Source of the DNA: Sphyrna mokarran
Lineage: Eukaryota
DNA length: 64,000 nt
Assembly (NCBI GenBank): GCA_024679065.1
Contig: JAGIQG010000009.1
Span: forward strand, 51,336,001 to 51,400,000
Direction of reading: 5' to 3'
Shown: piece after piece, positions 54,591-64,000 of the stretch
Layout of the letters: each line of letters starts with the position of its first letter
Numbering within the stretch: position 1 is the first letter of the stretch
The notes under the pieces: generated by a model
The model's input: only the letters and a program-made list of their open reading frames with translations
What the model was told of the DNA's origin: nothing
Databases searched by the model: none
Program-made: the position numbers and the translations under genes

Positions 54591-54639
54591 CATTGCAAAT
54601 CTGGAAAGAACACTTCAACCACAAGGAAAACACAATTAA

Positions 54640-56100
54640 TGTGGATTTTTGCGATGTCCACATGTGGATAGCATGCTGCAAGATGGAATTGAGGACACTT
54701 GCGTAGAAAACAGAGTCTATGTTGAAGATCCTTTGAAATGTTCCTTCTAGCAGATGCTGACTGCCTCTTTATTCCTAATGAGCACCTCTCCATGTTTGGT
54801 CAGCAGTGGGGTGGCACTCTGGGTGTTTGGGCTGTAGACGATCTTGATTGCGTTAAAGATACCTCACTCATAATGGTTGTTGATGAATATTGAATATCTT
54901 GAGTTTTCTCCATCTATTCTGCAGTTTGTGGAGTTTTGCTGAACCTCAGCCTTCAGCTGTCTGTAAAACTACTTTCTTGCTCTAGAGTTGTGCTGGTGTT
55001 TCAGGTTCAGAACTGTGGCTTATCAGCTCCGAGCTCTCCCAGTTATTCCCACCAAACCAGTGTTGCTGTTTCTGGCCTTGAAAGCAGACCAAGGCTGGGA
55101 CATTCTGCATATCTGGGTCACTGGGCACCAGCTGAATAGGACTGCCTTATTGGGGTCTTTAGTGTCTCAGTGTTGATTTTCCTGCAACATTGTTTGTGTT
55201 ACTGCGACTGCTTTGGGGTTACATTGATATTGATATTGATGAGAGCAGATTGACAGTGATCATCCAGTTAATTGCCAATTCCAGTCATAGTGCAGATGAT
55301 AAGCATGTCGTTGTATTCTCTCACTCAAACACTGATGTAATTGAAAGGTGACAGTGCTGGGAGGGTGTTATCTCACTGATGGAACACAGTATTGATTGAT
55401 CCAGGGGCATTTTCTTCAGGAGCAGGATAACACTCACGTTGGATTTCCCAGAGCCACTTTCTATCACTTACACCTTGCAGAGGTCTCTGTCCTTTCCAAC
55501 TCATCGTGTCATTCCCCAAGCAGGATTGTCTTGTCACCCATTGCAATGAACGATTCTTTAAGGGTGCAGTAAAATTCCTCTTTGGACTGTTCTGTAGATT
55601 TGAGTGATGGAGCATACATGCTCATGACTGCAGAGTACAGATTCTGGGATAAGGTGGGCTATAGGGCCATGAGGCATTTGTTTATCTTGCAGGAGTCTCA
55701 GAGACAGCCAATGAGTTTGTTTTTAATGGCAAAGCTAATTTCACGAAGACGTGAACTTCTTCTGATTTACCTTTCCAGAAGGTGATGTAACCTTGTTCCT
55801 TGAGCTGGCCTTCTCCTGCTCGCTGGGTCTCACTTAGGGCAATGATGTTAATGTTTAAGAGCTTAAGATCGTAAGTTAAGATGTCACAACACCATTCTGG
55901 TCTGTTAATGTTGGGTTGTCCATGACAGCCAGGACATTCCAGGTCCTGGGCTTCATTTTAAGGGCTGGATGAAGCCTGTGTGAGAATTATCTTAACAAGT
56001 GTGACCAATTTTCACCAGATACCACATAGGCTTGACGGAGCAAAGCCTTGGTCAAGTTATAAGCAAGTCCAATAGGACTAGAGATCCAGCTCTGCTATAA
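54640..56100 (-). mobile_element. RTE 5' half: 5'UTR, APE endonuclease and linker (decayed)
   Basis: ATG at 55956: MKPRTWNVLAVMDNP; then LNINIIALSETQRAGEGQLKEQG, FWKGKSEE..ISFAIKNKL, INTVFHQ; linker AIKIVYSPNTQSATPLLTKHGEVLIRNKEAVSIC*KEHF. Confidence 0.85.
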
Positions 56101-56239
56101 AGGGCCTAGGACATGCAAACACACATATTCCATCTTTCTTCTTCTCCTTCCAACAGGACACCCCTCCCCAGGATTTATGAATTGCAGCTCATGAGGATAG
56201 CTTTGGCTGTGGGCCCATTTGGAAAAATTCAATTGCATT

Positions 56240-57604
56240 CAGCCTCAGCACTGTTTTAAACTAGGTTCGCTGCTCTTGTCCCACATTGCTTCACACTGGG
56301 TTTGCCACTGTACTTTCTATTTTATTTTGGATTCACTGTTTCCTCCTGTACTGAGTTTACTGCTCCTCTTTTGTGTTGCTCCACACTGAGTACACTGCTT
56401 TTCACCCATTACCCTCCACACTCATTCCGTTGCCCTCATAACATATTGCCAAAATCCGTGTTAAGAACAATCTCCTCCTCCGCTGCTCCAGACTAGATTC
56501 ATTTCTTTCCATCCTTGCTGGCTCACACAAGGCTCATCATCATCATCCCACACAGCTCCAAACAGTGAATGCCACATAATTCCCGCACCGCTGCACACTG
56601 GGTACACTGCTCTCATCCTGTACTGCTCCACACTGGATTCTTTGTTCTTCTCCTGCACTGCTCACTAGCCTCCTCCAACACTGCTGTGCTCACTCCTGTC
56701 TTCTACATCTGCTCCACACTGGATTCAACACCCTAATCCATTGCTGTTCTACCAGGGGATCATGGCTCTTTTCTTGCACTGCTGTCCTCCTGTGCTGCTC
56801 CACATGGTTCACCAGCCTTTGCTTGCACATGTCCACATTGGTCTTCTTTTGTGATGCTCACACTGGTTTCATCATTCTACTACTGCACCACTCCAAACTG
56901 CTTCATCATTCACATCCTGCATTGCATTATATTGGCTTCGCAGCTCTCCTCCAGCAGCACACCATGCTGACTTCAACACACTCCTACCACACTACTTTGT
57001 ACGGAGTTCGCTATATCCTTCCACGCTTCTCCATAATCAATACACCACTCTCCTCCAGTGCTGCTCCACACTGCGTTCACCCCCATACTAGATTCACCAT
57101 TCTCCTAACATGTTGTTCCACACTGAGCTTGCCAATCTCATCCTCTGCTGCTCCTCACTGGGTTCACCTCTTTCCTCTTGTGCTGATTTACATTGAGTTC
57201 ACTGTTCTCTATCACGCTGTTTTAAACTGCATTAACTGCTGTCCTTCTGATCTGCTGTACCAGTTTCCTTCCTCTCCTGATGTGCTGCTCCGTACTGGGT
57301 TCAATGCACTTCACTCAACAGTGCTGTATGTTGGGTTCACTGCCTTCCTCTCATGTTCTTCTATCTTGCAGTTGCTGCACCGCCTCTGCCCTACCCCACA
57401 TCACAGTGCCACACACTAGGCTCACTCCAACACTGAGCTCCTCCCACACTGCTGCATACTGGCTCACCATGTTCCTCCCACACTGTTCTATACTGGATTC
57501 AGTGCGATCATGCGTTGACCATTGTCCACCTGCTCTGTTCCACATTGCTTCCTCCATCTGACACTGCTGCATACTGGGTTCACCATATTCCCACACTGTC
57601 CCAC
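56240..57604. repeat. 35-bp array block (variant order)
   Basis: Periodic ctgctccacactgg; lacks the usual terminal block. Confidence 0.85.
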
Positions 57605-58865
57605 ACTTAGCACAACACTCAAAAATTAGTTCTTAGGTGACGGAGCAGTTTAATGCACAAACTACAATTTCTATCACAGGTGGGGCAGATAGAGATTGGA
57701 GGTATGCATGGATTGCTACATGCTACTTTCCCGTTGACACTTTGCTTCTGCTTGCTCTTGGCGATGAAGATCAAGATGCTCTGCTCCTTCTCAGGTACTT
57801 TTCATCCACTTCAGATGAACTTGGGCATGAGACTTCCTGTTGTCAGTGGGGATGTTGTACATTTTCAGGATATTCTTAATGCATTTGCTCTGCCCTTCTA
57901 GGATTTGACTGCTGCATTGAAGCTCTGAGTACAGCAATTGCTTTAGGAGTGTTGTGTCCAAACAATGGTGATGTAGCAAGCCCAGCAGAGCTGACTCAAC
58001 ATGATCAATGTTTCAATGCTAGGGATATTGTACTGAGCAAGGACACTGATTTTGGTGTGCCTATTCTGCCAATGGATCTGCAGGATCTTGCGGAAGCAGC
58101 GCTGGTGGTTCTTCTCCAGGTTTTTGACATGCCTGCTGTACATAGCCCACATTGTTGAGCCCCATAGGACGCAGAGTTTCTCTACTACACTCTAGATCAT
58201 GAGTTTTGTGCCATATCTGAGGTCCTGATCTTCAAACATTTCCTCAGGAGACAGAAAGCTGTGCTGGCACAGTGAAGACAGTGTTCAAGCACATTGTCAA
58301 TGTCTCCCTTTTTTGACAGTAGTCTCTCAGGTATGTTGATTTTGTTAACCATTGCAGGGAGCAGTTCTGTGTCATGAGAGTAGGTTGGAAGAGGACCTTT
58401 GTCTTATGGACATTTATTTTAAGGCCTATGTAGCCTTCAATTGTGCACAGACATAAGCATCATTCATTTTATGTAGTTCAATGACAGAGGTTGGCAGCCT
58501 TGGATCAGGTGTTCATGTGCTGAATGCTGAACAGATCGTTGTTTGTGCTGTATTTTCACTCTCTTCTACTGGCAGCTTGCAGAGGGTGAAATGAAGCATT
58601 GCAGGAAGAAAGATTGAAGAGAGTTGGTGTGATGATACAGAATTGCTTGATCCCATTCCAAAAGTGAATTGGATTTGTGGTGGATCCAGTGGTCAGGATC
58701 ACAATTTACTTGTCATTGTGGAGCAGGCAGAGAATGGTGACAAACTTTCGAGGCAGCCAAAATGGTGGAGAATCTTCAAAATCCCTCAGGGTTGAATAAT
58801 GTGGGGTCAAAGCAGGCCATGCACAAGAGTTGATGCTGTTTGCTGCATTTCTCTTGTAGTTGCCA
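57605..58865 (-). mobile_element. RTE 3' half
   Basis: WAMYSRHVKNLEKNHQRCFRKILQIHWQNRHTKISVLAQYNIPSIETLI..QLCWA; both junctions. Confidence 0.9.
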
Positions 58866-60154
58866 CTCAGTATAGTTATCCTTTCTGCACTGCTCAACAC
58901 TGAGTCACCACTCTCCCACTGTGCTGCTGCATACAGATATTATAACACTGCTCCCTTGTTGCTCCATGTATGTTTTGTCCATCTTCTACACCCTTCCATA
59001 CCTGGGTTCACCACTCAACTCCTGTGCTGCTCCACACATGTTTTATGACTCTCATTCCACTATCTGGGTTCTCCATCCATGCGCATAACTCGACTGGGTT
59101 CCCTACTCTCCGCCCATACTACTCCACACTGGGTTTGCCATACACCTCTTGCATTTTTTCACACTGGTTTCATTGCTCTTATCCCGCGCTGCTTGCAATA
59201 GGTTCATTGCTCTCCTACTGCACCACTCCAAATGGGCTCATCATTCACATCTTGCATTGCATTATTTTGAGTTCACAGCTCTCCTCCAATGCCATTTCAC
59301 ACTTTGTTGCCTGTTTTGATCCCACACTGTTTTATCTTGGGTTTGTCATTTCCTCTCACATTGCTCCACTCTGGGTTCGCTGTCCTTCTCTCCAGTACTC
59401 CACGCTGGATTCACTTCTCACTCCTGGGTTGCTTTGCACTGAATTAGCCGCTCTCCTGCCACACTGGGATCAGTGGTCCCTATCATGCTACTCCGCATGG
59501 GGTTAACCACTGTTCTCCCGTTCTGCTCCGTATTGGTTTCATCCCTCTCCTGATGCACTTTTCCACACTAGGTTCAAAGATATCCTCTTGCACTGCTCCA
59601 CACTGGTTTCCTCCTTTCCCTGCCACACTACTCCACATTGACTTCCCTGCTCTGCCTCTGTGCTGTTATTCTGGGTTTGCCATTTCCTTCATGTTGCTCC
59701 ACACTAGGTTTGCTGATCTCTTGTGCTGCTCCATACTGGATTCACCACTCTTCCTCTGTCCTGATGCGAAGAGAGTTCACTGACCTCCTAAGATATTGTT
59801 CTACACTGGGTTGGCACAATCTTGTCCTCCATTGCTCCACACTGGATTACCCTCTCACTTCTCATGTTGCTCTACACTGGGTTAGCTGCACTCCTGTCAC
59901 AATGATCCACAATGAGTTCACTGCTCTCTATCACGCTGCTTCACATGAGTTGACCGCTGTTCTCCTGCTCTACTCCTCACTGGTTTTCTCCCTCTCCTGA
60001 GGTGCTGCTCCACACTGGATTCAAAGCCCTCCTCCCGCACTGCTTCACACTGAGTTTACCACCTTCCTTTCACACTGTTCTACCCTGGGGTCACTGCTCT
60101 CCACCCGCACTATTCCACACCAGTTTACCATACACATCCCTCACTGCTTTAAAC

Positions 60155-60310
60155 TGAAATAAAAGCAACTTGCTGTGGATGCTGGACTCTGAAAGGAAAA
60201 CAGAAAATGCTGGAAAATCTCAGAACCAGACTCAGAACGTTAACTCTGTTCTCACATAGATTCTGTCAGACCAGGTAAGATTTTCCAGCATTTGCTATTT
60301 CTACTTTAGG
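60155..60310. mobile_element. Short foldback element (PLE-derived-like)
   Basis: aatgctggaaaatct ... agattttccagcatt inverted arms; related to 9930-10050. Confidence 0.6.
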
Positions 60311-61209
60311 CTGGGTTCACTACCCAATGCACTGTTCCACATTAAGTTTACTGTCCACATCCCACACTGCTGCACATTGGGTTCACACCTCTTCTGCCAT
60401 GCTTGCTACACACTGTAATCATTCCTCCCGCACTGTTCCACACTGGGATCACTGTTCTCCCACACTGCTCTGTGCAGAATTTACCATCCATGCATACTGC
60501 TCAGCTGGGTTTACCTCTCTCTTCCTCCATACTGTGGTTACCATTCTTCGCCTGCGCAGCTCCATATTTAATTCACCATACTCCTCTTGCATTGCTCACA
60601 CTGGTTCCATCACTGTTTTGTGCTGCTCATTCTGGAGTCGATTGCTCTCCTATTGCACCACTCAAAACTGGGCTCGTCATTTTATCCTGAATTGCATTGC
60701 ATTAAGTTTGCAGTTCTCTCTTGCACCATTCCACACTGAATTCTCTGCTCTGCTCCCGCACTGCTTTAACCGGGTTTGCGGTTTCCTTCTGCGCTGTACC
60801 ACACTAGATTCGCATCCTCCTCCTGTCTTGCTCCACAGAGGGTTCACCACCCTCCTAACATGTTGTTCTATACTGGTTAGGCACAATCATGTCCTTGACT
60901 GCTCCACTCCATACTCGATTCACCTCTCACCTCTTATGCTGCTGTACACTTAGATCTCCATTCTTCTCACACACTGGATTCAGTGCTCTCCACACTACTG
61001 TTTCACGCTGAACTGATCACTGTCCTCCTGATCTGCTCCATACTGGTTTCCTCCCTCCTCCGCTGTGCTGCTCCACACTAGGTCTTCTCCCGCACTGCTC
61101 CACACTGGATTTACCACCTTTCTTTCATGTTGTTCTACCCTAGGGTCATTGCTCCGCACCCATATTATTCCATACCAGCTTACCATTTATATCCCTCATT
61201 GTTTTAAAC

Positions 61210-61340
61210 TGAGATAAAAGCAAATTACTGCAGACGCTGGAATCTGAAAAAAAAGCTGGAAAATCTCAGCATCCAGACTCTGTTCTCTCTCCAAAAACTA
61301 TATCAGAAATGCTGAGATTTACCATCATTTCCTGTTTTAT
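61210..61340. mobile_element. Paralogous copy of the 60155 foldback element
   Basis: Same left flank atccctca.tg.tttaaactga.ataaaagcaa. Confidence 0.6.
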
Positions 61341-61484
61341 ACTTGGTTCGCCACTCCATCACCTCCCCTCCCCCACTCCAACCCCACCTCATATCACACG
61401 CTGCTCTGTACTAGGTTCACTGCTTTCTTCCTCTTACACTGCTGCACATGGGTATGTTGCTCTCTTCCTGCGCTGGTTCACTTG

Positions 61485-61690
61485 GTGGATAAGAATATTG
61501 GCAAACATTAATATAGAAAAGCAATGGGAAATATTTAAAATGCAATTTAACAGAGTGCAAGATAAATATATTCAGTTAAAGAACAAATAAAAAATTAAAT
61601 GCAAGTAGAGCTCTATAAATGAATAAAGATATAAGGAACACTTAAGGCATAGGAAAAAGGACCATATTAAGTACACAACTGCAAAGAAAT
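61485..61690 (+). mobile_element. CR1 ORF2 internal (linker) fragment
   Basis: RILANINIEKQWEIFKMQFNRVQDKYIQLKNK..MNKDI resembles the CR1 EN-RT linker. Confidence 0.55.
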
Positions 61691-61831
61691 CCACACTGGG
61701 TTCACCACTCACCTCTGCATTGCTCCATACTGAATTAAATGCTATCCCCCCCCTCTATTGTTCCAGAGGGAAAAACCACCCTCCTGACATGTTTTCTGCA
61801 CAGAGTTTGACAATCCTATCCTTTGCCGCTC

Positions 61832-62125
61832 AGTAAGAAGTCTTACAACACAGAGTTAAAGTCCAACAAGTTTATTTGATAGTAAACCCACAAGTTATCG
61901 GGGTTTGTCCCTTTGTCAGGTGAGTGGAGAGTTCTGGTCTCAAACAGAGCATATAAAGGCACACACAGTTTACAGTATACTGATTAGAATGCGAATCTTT
62001 ACAGCTAATCAATTCTTAAAGGTGCAGACAATGTGAGTGCAGATAGCATTAAGCATAGGTTAAAGAGATGTGTATTGTTTCCAGACAGGACAGTAAGCGA
62101 GGTGTTGCAAGCCCAAGTAAGTCAT
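61832..62125 (-). mobile_element. Penelope-like element pLTR fragment
   Basis: Similarity to 16504-16790. Confidence 0.8.
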
Positions 62126-62490
62126 GCCACTCTACGTAGGTTTCACCTCTCTCCTCTTGTGTTGATCCACACCGGGTCTGCCTCTCCCCTGCCACACTGA
62201 TGTACATTGAGTTCACTGCTCTCTATCACACTGCCCCATACTGCATTGACTGCTCTCCTCACGCTCTGCTCCATACTGATGTCCTCCCTTTCCTGACATG
62301 CTGCTCCAAATTGGGTTCAATGCTCTCCTATTGCATTACTCCACAGTGAGTTCACCAACTTCTTCTCACACTCTTTGAACTTGCAATCACTGCTCCCGCA
62401 TCTGCACTCGTTCACATCTCACGTGCTGCTGGAATACTGGGTTCACCGCGCATACTGGTTCACTGCCATCCTCCTGAGCTGTATACTTGG

Positions 62491-63049
62491 TGCCACACTC
62501 AAAAGTAAGTTCTCAAGTGATGGAGCAGTCCAATGCACAACCTACAATCTCTGTTATAGGTGCAGCCAATAGGGATTGGAGGGGGAGTGGGTGGATTGCT
62601 ATGTGCTCCTTTCCATGTCAATGCTTCACTTCCACTTGCTCTTGATGATTAAGATCAAGGTGCTTAGCTTATTCTCAGATGTTTTTCCTCCACTTGAGGC
62701 ATTCTGAGGTTGAACAGATTCTTGTTTGCTCTGTAATTTACCTGCAGTCCAGCTGCAGTTTGCTCAGGATGAGGTAGAGCATTGCAGGAAGTAAGTTTGA
62801 GAAGAGCGTTGTTGTGATTACACAGAACTGTTTCACTCCTTTCAGAAAGTGAATTGGATTGTGATGGATCTATTGGTCAGGATCACAATTTGCATGTTAT
62901 TGTGGAGCAGGTGAAGAATGGTGACAAACTGAAATGGAGCAGAGTGCTCTATAATCTCTCAGGATTGATAACGTTAAAGGCTTTTGTGAGATCAAAGAAG
63001 GCCACGTACAAGCTTGGTGCTGTTTCCTGCATTTCTCTTGTAGTTTTTC
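62491..63049 (-). mobile_element. RTE 3' half, internally deleted
   Basis: KLQEKCRKQHQ at the junction; 3' tip present. Confidence 0.85.
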
Positions 63050-63860
63050 TGTGGAGTTGCTTGCAACGCACTGCTCCACCTTGGATTTGTCGCTATACCG
63101 CTGCACTGCTCGACACTGTTCACCACTCAACTCTTGCGCTGCTCCAGAAAAGGTTTGTCACTCTCATCCCACACTGCTCTTACTGGGTCGGCCATCCCGG
63201 CGCACTGCTCGACTGGGTTCACCGTATTCTGCCTGCACTGGGCCACACCAGTTATGTTGTTTTCCTCAGTGGTTGCTCACATTGTTTTCACCTCTCTCTT
63301 CTTCCACTGCAACATAATGGAGTGTTGCTCTGCTCCAGCGCTGCTCCATATTCGGTTCAATTGAGCACTCTCACTGCGCTATTTCAAATTGAGCTCGTCA
63401 TTCACATCTTGCATTGTGTTATATTGAGTTTGCAGCACTCCCATGTCACTCCATACCAGATTCCCCATTCTGCTCCCGCACTGCTTTTTCTTCGGTGGCC
63501 ATTTTCTCCGGCGCTAATCTCACTGGGTTCGCACCTCACCACCCCCACCCCTCGCTGTTGTACATTGGGATCGCCGCTTTCCTCCCAAGCTGCTCCAATA
63601 TGGGTTCGCCCTCCTCGCACACTGTTACAGCGGGTTCACCGCACTTTGCTTTCATTGTTCCATACTGGTTTCATTGCTCTCCTATGTTGCTGCTCACTGG
63701 GCTCACCTTTTTCCTCCTGCCCTGTTCCATGCTGAGTGCATCGCCGTCTTCCTGTATTGCTGCATGCCGAGGTCACCGTTCTCCTACGCTGCTCCATGGT
63801 GGATGCATGGCTGTTCTCATGCGTTGTTTCATGGTGAGTTCACTGCTGTCCTCCTACACT
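63050..63860. repeat. 35-bp array block
   Basis: Start and middle blocks. Confidence 0.85.
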
Positions 63861-63862
63861 TC

Positions 63863-64000
63863 AAGAAGTCTCACAACACCAGAGTTAAAGTCCAACAGTT
63901 TATCTAGTAGCACAAGCCACAAGCTTCTGCTACCAAATAAACCTGTTGGACTTTAACCTGATGTTGTGAGACTTCTTACTGCGCTTACCCCAGTCCAATG
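63863..64000. mobile_element. Penelope-like pLTR ends in foldback arrangement
   Basis: 63863-63912 is the near reverse complement of 63928-63977. Confidence 0.8.

Larger units (their letters stand above)
58866..62490. repeat. Long 35-bp array with internal duplications and TE inserts
   Basis: Periodic monomers; inserts at ~60155, 61210, 61485, 61832. Confidence 0.85.
27805..63860. repeat. Composite macrosatellite: 35-bp higher-order array alternating with the 3' half of an RTE LINE, about 14 units; probably continues past the window
   Basis: Array/RTE junction ctcaaaataagttctcag at ~29011, 30085, 30432, 33507, 36077, 37735, 40641, 44455, 46483, 48121, 50515, 57618, 62498; RTE/array junction at or near tttctcttgcagttgc at ~32330, 35300, 38995, 43255, 45940, 47590, 49405, 53161, 58848, 63032. 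Confidence 0.92.

Noticed and set aside
27805-63860. CRISPR-like array (repeat length ~35 bp)
   Set aside because: Monomers are contiguous and mutually homologous with no unique spacers; no cas genes; vertebrate context
27897-63956. Many long plus-strand Cys/His/Leu-rich ORFs with repeated LLHTG, superficially like C2H2 zinc-finger linkers
   Set aside because: They are translations of the stop-poor 35-bp monomer: the period is not a multiple of 3, overlapping frames are open simultaneously, and there is no CxxC-x12-HxxxH spacing or TGEKP

Overview
Vertebrate genomic DNA, almost certainly an elasmobranch (shark), judged from HE1 V-SINEs, Deu-type SINEs, CR1/HER1-type LINEs and Penelope-like elements. 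The only host coding sequence I can support is the first coding exon of phosphoglucomutase 1 (PGM1, minus strand, 12959-12711). Positions 1-12710 are its TE-filled first intron, and a 55-bp minisatellite lies just upstream of the exon. Positions 18717-26829 hold a defective endogenous retrovirus: two LTRs, TTCCC target-site duplication, PPT, tRNA-iMet-like PBS, integrase and gamma-type env remnants. From ~27800 to the window end (>36 kb) lies the most unusual structure, a composite macrosatellite. In it, blocks of a diverged 35-bp monomer (consensus CTGCTCCACACTGGGTTCACCACTCTCCTCCTGCA) in a conserved higher-order sequence alternate about 14 times with the 3' half of an RTE-clade LINE. All RTE copies are on the minus strand and share the same two junctions. 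The missing 5' (APE) half of the RTE occurs once, and the monomer resembles an inverted copy of the RT segment next to the junction. Family assignments are from recognition of motifs, not database searches. Boundaries of decayed repeats are approximate (tens of bp).
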